64,000 bases of DNA from Mytilus californianus. Taxonomy: Eukaryota. How positions within the stretch are numbered: position 1 is the stretch's first letter; every line of letters begins with the position of its first letter. Below the pieces are notes generated by a model. That model saw nothing but the letters and a program-made list of their open reading frames with translations. It was not told where the DNA came from and did no database searches. A program made the translations under genes and the position numbers. The DNA lies in NCBI RefSeq assembly GCF_021869535.1, contig NW_026262667.1, positions 6,820,001 through 6,884,000 of the forward strand, given 5' to 3'. Below, piece by piece: positions 1-11,333 of the stretch.

Positions 1-734
1 GGCAACATACTATATTATAAATGTATACTGTTCAACAATAAAAGATACATATACCGGTGTAAGGTAGAACAATGTTTTCCACAATACATTCAGGCAAAAT
101 AATTATTGTTTTCTGCATGAGAGATTTTTTATTCAAATTAAGTAAAAAAACTATACCTAACTTCATGATATAAATGAAAATGTATTGAAACATTATTTAT
201 GTTTCACAGGTATCACCAGCTCCGTATTCAGCACAACCTGTCAAGGCCCTCGATTAAGGAGGTTTGAACATCGGTAAACTACTGTCGCCTTAATTTAGAA
301 TAATGATTTATTTTTACAGAAGGGTATTGTGCATCATTGACAAAACAGCATCAGTTTGAAAGGGTCCCATACTGCGGGTTTATTGGGTTAAATTCCTGTT
401 TGAAATAGAGACACTTAGGAATAAAATGTGTATTGCGTACAAACAGGAATTCCTCTTGAATGTATGCTGTTCAAGAACATTATTCTCTTAAATATTATGG
501 TTGGCTTTTATTTATTGGTTTACCTGGTCTTTTGTGGTCTATTTGATTCTGCTATCATGATGCATGAAATATATAAAGAGTTGTTTTCATCTTTTATAGA
601 CGTGAGGGGCATACAGTTTCCAAGTATGTTTGTCCGTTTTGCTCATGGTTAAATGTAGTTTTATAATAAGAAGAAATGAAATGTAAATGAAAATTCATGT
701 TGATGCACGGGGATCTGAAGAATACTTAAGGTTA

Positions 735-1069
735 GGGGAGGGAAGACCGCTCACATACATGTTTAGCTCGTCACTTTCTTTATCTACCTGTCCCAAGTCA
801 GAGGCCTGTAGTTCAGTGATCGTCGTTGGTTAATTTTTGTCATATTTGTTTTTCATGAAATTATTTTGTTATAAATTAGACCGTTAGTATTCTCAATTGA
901 ATTGTTTCACAATTTTTTATGTCGGGGCATCTTATAACCGACTATACGATATGGGTTTTTCTCATTGTTGAAGGCCGTATGGTTGCCTATAGCTGCTTTT
1001 ATCCATTTCATTTTGGTTTGATGGATAATTGTCTCATTGGCAATCTTACCACAACTTCTTATATTTCTA
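735..1069 (+). repeat. Family D 3'-region copy
   Basis: cctgtcccaagtcag..gcctgta..tcagtg..ttgttgaaggccgta..gtctcattggcaatc..accac. Confidence 0.8.
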
Positions 1070-1509
1070 TTTATGCAAAACATTGTTGGTAGACTGATAG
1101 CGACTTGCACAAAGGTTGATCATATTTTTGTAAGTTTTAAATATTTAAAAATGACAGCATGACCTAGGTTAATGATGTTCCATATTCATGTCATAACATT
1201 CAGACCATGACCATACAAAGAACTTCTTAATTTAACTCTGTCAGAAACAAACTGATAATCCAAAGGTCATTGTGTTGTTTTATATTCATATGTAATGAAT
1301 GCAGTTCAGTGTGGTGTAAATTGTTCATGAAATTGACACGGAAATCATAGACCTGGTTCTATTCAAAACTAAGTACTGCTAATTTTTAATTATCTGATTG
1401 TACTTTTTATTGCGATTGTTCAGCAATGAATAAATATGATAAATTAATATATAAGATTTCAGGTAATGCTGCATACAAATAATGCAATGAAAATTTCAAA
1501 AAATACATA

Positions 1510-1693
1510 GAAGATACCAAGGGTGCGTATTGAATTCCAATCGCAACAGGCAATATCATGGCCAAAAATAGTAACAACAAAAAACATACAATAACAAAAT
1601 AATACATAGAAAACAAAAGACAGAGCAACACGAACCCCACCACAGTGAACTCATGTGCTCAGGAAGGTTAAACAGTTCTTGTTCTACAGGTCA
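1510..1693 (-). repeat. Family A 3'-end/pLTR copy, degenerate
   Basis: aagataccaaggg...catggccaaaaa...gagcaacacgaacccc...gtgctcaggaagg. Confidence 0.65.
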
Positions 1694-1835
1694 CATTTTA
1701 AAGTGCGAGATTAATTTGTTTTTTACAAACAATAAACACCTTAGATATATCTTACGATCTACAGTTGTTGTTTCATATTACTGGAAATAAAGAAAGGTTT
1801 CTGTTTGCTTTACACCTTTGCTTTTATAGCTTTAA

Positions 1836-2228
1836 GGAAGTTCGCTCCTCATGTTTTTGAATTTTTGCCAGATATTCGGAATCCTCTGGTTTTATCCATG
1901 TAGTGCCATTAAAAAAATTTGCCCATTAACCCCTACTTTTCTTTCCATTATTTGATTAAACATAGTTTAAAGTATCTTCTTTGAAAATCTTATAAAATCC
2001 TTGTTATTTTTTAATCGGTTTTGAAAGAAAAAAGGTGTCAATGTTAAATATATTAAAAGTCTAGAGAGAATTATTTCCCGCCAAATTTTCAATGGCTTAT
2101 ATCTCGAAAACGAGCACACTGACCCATATTTTTTTTTTTTTGCTTTTTTCGTTTCTTTATTTTCATACTATCAATATATAATAGTCTTTTTAAAAGCTTG
2201 TTATTTTGAAACAGAGTAGCGAACATCC
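1836..2228. mobile_element. Non-autonomous DNA transposon (Kolobok-type MITE, TTAA TSD), 393 bp
   Basis: TTAA|GGAAGTTCGCTCCTC ... GAGTAGCGAACATCC|TTAA; 15-bp TIR with 2 mismatches; RR termini. Confidence 0.75.
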
Positions 2229-3159
2229 TTAAAGTTTGGAAACTTGCATTCGAACGCAATAGGAAATAAGGTTTGCTTTCATTCATTGTCATTGGCATAT
2301 TTACATTTAAGAGGCTGAAAATAAATTGATGTGTGAGCAATATTTTTCATATGAAACTCAGTTGACCCTGACTTCATTTTACCCCAGAAAGACTTGAGTT
2401 AAGTTCTGCATAAATTTCCAGATTTTAGGAGCTACTTATTAGATAGAAACTATTATTAGTCATGTCATGTATTGATGAAGGTCAACAGTAAATTAGGTAA
2501 TTTTGACTTTCAATTGTCCTATAAATGGCTTCAGTTAAGTTTTACATTAAAACCAGGATCGAAGCAACTACAAATCATACAGAAATGGCAAATGACGCAT
2601 CATGTTATATTATAAACAATTGACTCTAAACTAAAATGACCTTAACCTACATTAATGATCAGAATTGCAGATGAATAATACTCGAGAGGGGTAGCTACCA
2701 TTCAAGATAATTCCATTTTTTCATTGGTGCCTTATATTGTATTGTAAATGAAATGGTAAAGACTCATTGTTTTATGTTCATGTTTAATGCAAATTTGGTG
2801 AATAAATGTTATCCCTGTCGTAATAAGCATATTGTGTTTTGTAATTTACTCGGATACAAACCGGATGAACTAGGGTAAGCATGTTGAATGCAGACGAAAA
2901 AACTAAAAAAAAAATAGCCTTTAGAATTTGCTTTCAGAAAATAATCATAAAATTGGGTCACAGGACTCATTTTCTTGTTAAACAAACAAAATAAGTCAAT
3001 TTAGTACACATTTCCGTATAAACGTTAAGTTATCAGAGTTATCTCTCCTTGTATGGCAAATTAGAAAATATAAATAAAGGAAATCATTAATTTCTAAAAA
3101 CAGTCGTTATAATACAATTTTCATTTTTTAATAAGCTTTGGAGTTTTTTTTGGACTCGA

Positions 3160-3203
3160 GGATCACTGAAGAGACATTTATTGTAGAAATGTGCATCTGG
3201 TGC
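3160..3203 (+). ncRNA. Degenerate minimal hammerhead (AUGUGCAU; closing pair of stem II lost)
   Basis: ggatca ctgaagag acatttattgta gaa atgtgcat c tggtgc. Confidence 0.55.
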
Positions 3204-3488
3204 AGAAAAATTGGTACCGTTAATTTTATTATTTTAACACGTAGTTTTCTTCATGTAATGAAAAGTTAAACAAATAAATTACATTCCTCTCTCAAAATTT
3301 GCATATTTTATTTAAGATCTAGACTGATTGTGTTCTGCTCTTTTATAATACAAGATGGCGAGATCACCGATCTACCTTAATCCAACCGATTGTGTGTCCT
3401 CAGTCTGTAATGTTTACTTTCCAGCATTTCTTCTGTCATCTTAATTTTCTTTTAATAGATACACTGCCCTTCGATACACTGTGTATGT

Positions 3489-3772
3489 AAAAGAGAGGCA
3501 AAGGATACCAAAGGGACATTTAAACTCATAAGTAGAAAATAAACTGACAACGCCATGGCTAAAAAAGAAAAAGACAAACAAACAACAGCACATAAAACAC
3601 AACATAAAAAAACAAATACTGAGCAACACGAACCCCACCAAAAACTAGGGGTGATCTCAGGTGCTCCGGAAGGGTAAGCAGATCCTGCTGCACATGTGGC
3701 ACCCGTCGTGTTGCTCATGCTAGTTCAAACCAGGTAATAAGTCTAATTCGGTAGGTCACATTCAGGGAAAAG
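3489..3772 (-). repeat. Family A 3'-end/pLTR copy
   Basis: Near-identical to the 3' ends at 23950 and 31741; lies about 170 bp downstream of the HtrL-like stop. Confidence 0.9.
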
Positions 3773-3945
3773 TTCTCTTTGTACGTGTTGCAAGCGTTGG
3801 ACAGTAAGAACTCCACACAGGATGCAAGAATCCCTTGCAACTGATATTTGTAATTATGAAAGTAACAACAATAATTATTGTAATTGTTTGCATACATTCA
3901 AAACCAAGTAAATGAACTGAACAGGTAAAGATATATTAAATATTA

Positions 3946-4853
3946 TTAAGCGATACATGTGTCTACACTGTCATTTAATTTTATAAACCTCTGACAGAGT
4001 TTACCAAGAAAAAACCATCGATCGTTTCTTCCTTTTTTCAAACTCATTGGGTTAAAAAAAGTTTGAATTGGTATCCTAGGATGAAAGGATAGTTTTAATG
4101 AATACAATATATACAACACTTGCTGATCAGAGTTCATTAGATTCATTTCAAGCAAGCGTTCAACGGCAGACTTATAATCCTCAATGAACAACATAAGATT
4201 GTCCGGTCTTCCAATGAAAAAACCGCAAGCTATATATAATCTACTTGTATATATAATTTCTGTCAGATTGAGCTGATGTTTGAAAAAATCTACTTGCGAA
4301 AATAAAATATGATCATCTCTAATATCCTTAGGAGTTTCCATTTTAAAACAACCGGGTTCTTTCTTTCTAAAATAGCCTATATCGATCCATGCAATATATT
4401 TCGTCCTAAATAACTTTTCTTTTATTACTTGTTCCATTAATTCATACTTAGCATGCATTGCAGATGAATAAGCAGGCACACCTACATTTGGATAATATTT
4501 CGGATACCCCGGTTGGTTATAAATCTCTTCGATTCTTGCTTTTAATTGAAAAGCCCAAAGACTTGTTTGATTCACTATAAATACCTTAGTCATATGTTTT
4601 GGAAAATGTGCACGATATAATTCAAATTGCACCGATAAATCAATTACGTCCGTATAAAGGATGACACAATTGTTCACAGACCGAAAATTTTTCATCCAAG
4701 TATAATATCTGCTTGGTGAATATATAAGATGTGGACCTTTTTTGAACGATCCGATGTTGAAATAAGCTGTTATTAATGTCAATTCGCCTTCCTTTTCATG
4801 ATCATTGATATTTCCACGACCCATAACCTTTACTGACAAATAATTCTGGAAAT
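3946..4853 (-). CDS. HtrL/YibB-like protein (putative glycosyltransferase), main coding exon
   Basis: Long open frame. Motifs LTLITAYFNIG, VILYTD, AYSSAMHAKYEL, YIAWIDIGY, GFFIG and DQQVL resemble the HtrL_YibB family as recalled. Acceptor tacatttttttcAG at 4855-4854, and the frame stays open from there to the ORF-track start. Confidence 0.75.
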
Positions 4854-5005
4854 CTGAAAAAAAATGTAGTTGATTATAGCGATATATTAAACCTGTGCAT
4901 CAAAATCGAATGATTGGTTTAATTTGTAAGTAAAGCATGTAATATTAATCTTTTAAAAGTTATTTAAAAAGCAGGCAATGTGGTTCAAACTTTTCATCGA
5001 ATTAC

Positions 5006-5051
5006 CATTTCGAGTGCACAATTTAAAAAAGAGACAACAGAAAAGGTTCAT
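5006..5051 (-). CDS. Probable first coding exon of the HtrL-like gene (MNLFCCLFFKLCTRN)
   Basis: ATG at 5051, short hydrophobic stretch, phase-1 donor G|GTAATT matching the phase-1 acceptor at 4854. Gives a 152-bp intron and a 317-aa product. Tentative. Confidence 0.5.
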
Positions 5052-5826
5052 TCTAATTCTACGCTATTTATCAGCTATGTTCTATCCTCACATTTGTGTC
5101 CTATTCAATATTCACAAATCTATGCCCTTTTTTTCTAAAATATGGGCCCTATTCTATGTGTTGACGTCAGAATTATTCAAACGTCCTCGCGGACCGCGTT
5201 TTGTTGTCAAACATATCTATACGACTTTTATGTTCGATTTAATCAAATACCAGACTGCAGTTAAGGAAAATGAATGCGTGTTGAACTATGTAAATAGGAA
5301 CTTACAGTTTCTTGCAATAAAACATTGTTAGAAAACTTATACCTTTTATCTTACAGTCAGTTATAAGCAATATTATCAAGTTTTAATTTCTTATTTTCTC
5401 TAAATCAAAATTCGGTACTCTCTTTTTTCTTTTTGCCAGTTATTTTTGTGCTTTGTGCCGATATGTGGAGTCGAGCCCTTTCCAACAGATTTATTCAGTT
5501 TGTTCTTATGTAGTTACACCACGGTCCCAGGTTCATGTGAGAGTTGAGCTCTTGGAAAGATGTTAAACCCGCCACATTTTACATGTACATGTCACATACC
5601 TCAAGGTCTACCTTATAAAAAGGACATGGACTTGGATTAACAAAGGGCCTCAGATGTAAGTGCTATGACGCCTCGGAACACACATCTGAGGAAATGACAT
5701 GTTTTTCAGGCTTGAAAAAAAGTCACAAATTGGTTGTTCATGACGTTAAGGGGTACAGATACGAACCCCACCAAAAATTGGGGGTGATCTCAGTGCTCCG
5801 GAAGGGGAAAGATCTTGCTCCACATG

Positions 5827-6600
5827 CTTAACTGGGAGATATATACTACATATGCAAGCGCTGATAGAATTTTGCTACAAATAAATAAAACATTTAAAGG
5901 TGAAGATAAAGGATAGCTTCTTTTCATACTTTCTAAGGAACTCCTGTAAAAAGTCTTTCTCGTATGAAAAAAGAAACAAGATGGAAATTAGAGGAACACA
6001 GTTGGATTTTTGAGAATGCCAAATGTTTGTTGAATAACACGTCCTTCAGCGTAACAGATATGTTGTTAATCAAGAAATGAAGCTTCCTGATAATATTATT
6101 TCTAGAGTATTTTTTGTTTTAATCAGAATGGTTTTATACGAAGTTTGGTTTGTCCCTACCCGAAACAAGATATATGTATCTACAAAATGTACGTTGGCCA
6201 TTTTTTTTGTTTTTTTTTTATACACAGTGAGACCAATTCAGTTTGTCTATAAGTTTTGAATGGGGAATACTTGTGTGATACTTGTGTGATACTTAGATTG
6301 TATGCATGTATACTAACAGATCTTTGCAATATTTAAGCATCCACATCTGTTGCACACCGCCCTTAGATTAGTAGTTTGACAATAATTCTGAAGCTCGGCT
6401 TTTAATTGCTGATTATATTGACAACAGTTTGTGAAGAAGTTACGTTGGAAGACACAGCAATGTGACGTTGGTTGTAAGAACAATTTGTAATTTAAGTATC
6501 CAATACAGTGTGAAGAAGGATCCAGTTCTTCATCTTCGGTAGAAATATTTACAAAGCAATAAAAATAGCTAATTCATTTTTGACATTGATGAATTTGGCT
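5827..6600 (-). mobile_element. Degenerate Penelope-like RT fragment
   Basis: Frameshifted remnants read LPSLYWILKLQ..YNQRHIA and GVQQMWMLKYCKDL. Nucleotide similarity to 32640-32900 and 24460-24530. Confidence 0.65.
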
Positions 6601-7057
6601 ATTTCTTTTTAGTTCTCTTTTGTTATAAAAATTCTTACGTTTCTAATTATTTATCATTCTTGGGTCTCAAATATTTTGTTTGAGCGTTCCTGATTAAAGT
6701 CATTCCAAAAAAGCACTCGCAACGAACGAACTTGAATAAGTGTTATACTCATTTATTGGCCCTGATATGTATAGATTTATGATTTATAGGTTATATATTC
6801 ATACTGAAAGTGCATTTTAAATCAAATGGAAAAAGTCGCACAGAAATGTTTCTTCCGAAAACATAACATTTTTTTAGTTCTCTCTCATATTTATTACTAT
6901 GTGTTTCAACAAACAATTGGCAGTCCCATGGGAACCAACTGTGATGTTCTTCCTACCGACGTGTTTATTCATATGGGCTTGACTTCATACCGGAGCTTCT
7001 TAGGAAGAAAGAAAAGAAGTTAGTAGTATCCTTTAACTTCACTTTCCGCTATATAGA

Positions 7058-7237
7058 AGAGGGACGAAAGATACCAGAGGGACAGTCAAACTCATAGATC
7101 GAAAAAAAACTGACAACGTCATGGCCAAAAATAAAAAGACAAACAGACAAATAAAAGTACAGATGACACAACATAGAAAACTAAAGACTAAGCAACACGA
7201 ACCCCACCAAAAACTGGGGGTTCGTGTTGCTTAGTCT
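7058..7237 (-). mobile_element. Nested family A 3'-end insertion with fold-back 5' end
   Basis: Splits the RT codons at tataga|...|tagatgatg (TAGA duplicated); 21-bp perfect inverted repeat 7185-7205/7217-7237. Confidence 0.85.
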
Positions 7238-7337
7238 AGATGATGTTCTTTCACTAAATAATTCAAAGTTTTGTGACTATGTTGGACGCATCTATCCCAT
7301 CGAACTTGAGATAAAAGATACAACAGATACGGTTAAG

Positions 7338-7502
7338 CCCCAGTTTTTGGTGGGGTTCGTGTTGCTTAGACTTTAGTTTTCTATGTTGTATCATCTGTCC
7401 TATTATTTGTCTGTTTGTCTTTTTATTTTTGGCCTTGGCGTTGTCAGTTTGTTTTCGATCTATGATGTTGACTGTCCCTCTGGTATCGTTCGTCCCTCTT
7501 TT
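7338..7502 (+). mobile_element. Nested family A 3'-end insertion
   Basis: Splits RT sequence gttaag|...|gagtctgc; starts ccccagtttttggtgggg and ends ccctcttttt. Confidence 0.85.
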
Positions 7503-8909
7503 GAGTCTGCGTCATATCTTGAAATCTAGAAATTGACCATGAGGGTTGTTTGAACACAAAACCTTACGATAAAAGAGATGATTTTAGCTTCCCAATTGTG
7601 AACTTTCCATTTCAATGTAGCAACATTCCAACAGCGCCTGCATATGGAGTACATATTTCCCAATTGATACGATATTCCAGGGCTTGTATGTCCTATCATG
7701 ATTTACTTGATAGAGGGTTGCTGCTCACAAGGAAGCTATTAAACCAAGATTTCCAAGTGGTGAAGTTGAAATTATCACTTCGTTAATTTGACGGACGCCA
7801 TCACGAGTTGGTTGACCGTTATCTGTTTCAACAACAATCTCTTCCTCTTTTCCCCAAATGTGACCTACCGAGTTAGACATATAACCGGATTCGTAAATAC
7901 ATGACCAACACGACGGCTGCTTACCCTTCCGGAGCACGTGAGATCACCCCGGTTATTGGTGGGGTTCCTGTTGCTCAGTCTTTAATTTTTTTATGTTGTA
8001 TTTTGTGTACTGTTATTTGTCTTTTTGTCCTCTTTTTTTTGCCATTGCGTTGTCAGTTTATTTTCGACTTATGAGTTTGAATCTGCCCTTTGGCATCTTT
8101 CGTCTCTTTTCTATCAGTTTTATGTTTTTAAATAGGCAGACCGGTTTGGAGTCAATATCTAGGTATTGGGAAGGTAATTGTAATTTTGCCAAAAATCGCT
8201 GTTTGTTATTATATATAATATAACATTTAAAACGAAACAAGATATATATTGGTAATTTCAATCATATGTCCACATCTGACAACTGTTACATCAATATACT
8301 AATTGAAAATATAAAGGCTGTTGAGTTTTTCAGAGTTGATATATCTTATTTATATTTTTAAGAAAGTACAAAAATGGATCGCAAATGCATTACTAGAAAG
8401 TAGTCCGCGCAAGAGCGGGTCATTTACACAGATATTTATGAATACGACAGAGTCTTTCTTTATTTTCTCTTAATTTCAGTTTATATGAATTTACCAGTAA
8501 ATGAAATATTTACTTGGTGCAAACGACAATTATGTTTAAAAAAAGCACCAAAGATACAAGGCTAACGATTTTGTACGACAATTGCATAAATGGATCTCAA
8601 AGGGTGAAATTTGTAAACTATACAACGGTTACAAACAAAAATTTAATTATTTGATTGATTGTTGGTTGCTTAACGTAGTATTGAACGGAACGGATATGAT
8701 CTCTGCGCCGGAGATTAAACGTCCGGTAGCAAATATTTCATGCATGTTCAGGACGAGGACAAATAAAATTTATTTCAATTCCGTTATAGTTGGATTTTCC
8801 CTTTTCTATTTCTATCTTTAGAAACTGTGGAACTAGTTTGTAGAACTAGTTTGATTAGTATTTAATTATAAGTCTATGTGTTAGTACTGCACGGATATTT
8901 CTTTGACGG

Positions 8910-9772
8910 TGTTACGGGTGGCGTTCTTTAGCCATATATAAGTCCGATACTTGTATAGTATGTATCGAGGTGATCACAGTAATTTTAAGTATAACACGTT
9001 TTGCATAGTATATTGTTTACATTATATTATATTGGTTTAGTGTAGAAGAGCTATATGTGTGTTTGTTCGGAGATGTTTAATATGTTTTTTGTAATCTTTA
9101 CTAATTGTTGCATCGCACTGCGAGGAAACCAAGCTTACATTTTGACTTGCCTCTGATCTAGCCATCTAGATAGATTAGAAATGTTTTAAATTCAGACGAC
9201 GGAACTTTAACAATACATAAAATAGGTAGGTCCAGTGATAGAGCCTGTCCGAGATGAAGGTCGAGTAAATTTGGACTGCCACTGGAAAATGAGAGTATAT
9301 CGGATAGGAACAGAATTTGACTAGCAACATGCCATCTATGGATCCATCAAAGAGTTGTAACAAAGATACTTTCCGTGCAGAGAGCAATGGCAACGGATTT
9401 AACGTCCCCATTCGGACCAGACATGGCTGTATACTTGTACATCGTTCACAGCTAAAAGCTACTGATTGATAACTTCACAGGGTTGGCAGCGCATATTCCG
9501 GAATCAGTAATGGATTATAAGGCGTTTTGTTACCCAAATAGGCACATAACAGTAAAGGAATGTGAAAGAGAGGCGAAACATACCAAATGGACATTCAAAC
9601 CAATAAGTCGAAAATAAACTGACAATGCCATGGTTGAAAAAGAAAAAGACAAACAGACAAACAACAGTACACAAAACACAACACAGAAAACTAAAGACTG
9701 AGCAAGACGAACCCCACCAAAAACTGGGGGGTGATAACTGTCAACCAACTCAAAGACTTCTTCAGGGTAACA
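8910..9772 (+). mobile_element. Possible solo LTR (TGTTAC...GTAACA) with a nested family A copy
   Basis: 6-bp terminal inverted repeats and a more GC-rich interior; no matching TSD seen. Confidence 0.35.
9565..9735 (-). repeat. Family A 3'-end copy
   Basis: aaagagaggcgaaacatacc...gagcaagacgaaccccaccaaaaactggggg. Confidence 0.85.
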
Positions 9773-10463
9773 CATGAACATTATTTGTCAATGGTTCTTT
9801 TGAATTTAAAATCATGCTATTTGCACACAAAATAATTAAGTTTTGGCTGAATGTATTGTTCTAAAGTATGGACTTTACGTAAAATTATTTCACTGCAAAT
9901 TACAAAATGTTTCACGTATGCGAAAACATAAAAGGTATGGTTCATCAATAATTCTGGTAGTCGAAATACATTAAAAGATAACTAACACAGAAATTTTCAA
10001 CAAATACCTAGCACTAAAATATATATCTTAAGGCAAGAGTAATCATTAATAGAAGTATAGTTATGGTTTCAAACATGGAATATAATGCGATATTACGGGC
10101 TTAGGGTATATATATAGGGAATAAAAATATTGAATTGGAAATATCACATTACATATCTCCCTGAAACCTGAATAGCTATAACAACTTTCATATAAACGAC
10201 AATTTCTGATAGTAAAGCGGGTATATTGGTGGGTGTAAAATGTTACCATTTTAGATTAAAAAGTATTTGAAAAAATATGACGTATTTTTTTTATTTTCTA
10301 AATAATTATTATGTTTAATGCAGACCAATACAATTGATTGTCAAACACAAAGAAACCTACATATTAATCTGTGATCTAGTTCTATATAAATAAGAATTTT
10401 AAAATGAACAAAGCAGTGGTTTTATTTACAATAAAAAAGCCAAGATTGTACGAAAGTGCATTA

Positions 10464-10839
10464 TTTTGTTATTATAAAACACACATGCAACCACAAATCC
10501 CATAATACCTGATAGGACCCGACACTATGGGATGCGTGGTTGCATGGGTGTTGTATTATAACAAAGTGAAGGAGACATGCTTACTAGATCTAAGACTATA
10601 ACATAAAATTGACAGTTGGACCCCTGATGATGGCAAATCTGTCATAATATCTACTGATGATGAATTTAAATATAAATGTATCAATATACACATGAAGAAA
10701 TTTCATATTTGATTATATTAAAGTCATACATCTTAAGATGACCATTTTAGGCTTTAACTGCCAAAATAGTAGAATAGTTTCGGGTCTTATCAGGCATTAT
10801 AGTATGCGTGGTTGCATGGGTGTTTTATAATAACAAAAT
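10464..10839. mobile_element. MITE-like element with about 65-bp TIRs and an extra internal fold-back
   Basis: 10464-10527 is the inverted complement of 10774-10839; 10526-10564 is a second inverted copy of the outer TIR part. Confidence 0.7.
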
Positions 10840-11049
10840 CAGTACTTTTAGTTTTCAGCATATTTTGCTTATATTAAAATACAAGTCAATTATATGCGTA
10901 ATACAATCAATAGCAGTTGCGTTGTATCAGTCATCTGTGATGATATTGATATAAGTACCGTTTGCAAACCCTATTAAAGATACAAAAGGAATAGTCACAC
11001 TCACATTTAGTCGAAAAGCTGTACAACGTCATGTCATCGATAGCAGTTT

Positions 11050-11333
11050 CTTTTCACGAATGTGACATACCGAATTAGACTATTTACCGGATTTGTAATA
11101 ACATAAGCAACACGACGGGTGCCACATGTGGAGCAGGATCTGCTTACCCTTCCGGACCACCTGAGATCACCCCCAGTTTTTGGTGGGGTTCGTGTTGCTT
11201 TGTCTTTAGTTTTCTATGTTGTATCATCTGTACTATTATTTGTCTGTTTGTGTTTTTATTTTTGGCCATGGCGTTGTCAGTTTGTTTTCGATCTATGAGT
11301 TTGACTGTCCCTCTGGTATCTTTCGTCCCTCTT
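11050..11333 (+). repeat. Family A 3'-end/pLTR copy
   Basis: cttttcacgaatgtgac...gggtgccacatgtggagcagg...ggtatctttcgtccctctt. Confidence 0.9.

Larger units (their letters stand above)
6898..8110 (+). mobile_element. Penelope-like family A RT fragment plus 3' end, interrupted by two nested family A 3'-end copies
   Basis: VFQQTIGSPMGTNC (6898-6945); RT continues at 7237-7337 and 7503-7830; own 3' end runs to 8110. Confidence 0.85.

Noticed and set aside
3441-3718. Hydrophobic ORFs such as MVGFVLL.../MSNTTGATC... (also at 1407, 9530, 11144, 20801, 34293, 38327, 56589)
   Set aside because: They are incidental frames across the T-rich family A 3'-end repeat and recur wherever the repeat occurs.
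4978-5331. 117-aa plus-strand ORF
   Set aside because: No recognisable motifs, and it overlaps the probable HtrL-like first exon on the opposite strand.
11116-11200. HDV-like ribozyme fit to the family A structure
   Set aside because: A P1 with G.U first pair and a possible P2 (GAGCAG/UUGCUC) can be drawn, but there is no proper P3/L3 and no catalytic J4/2 C-R-A motif. Kept only as an unclassified structure.
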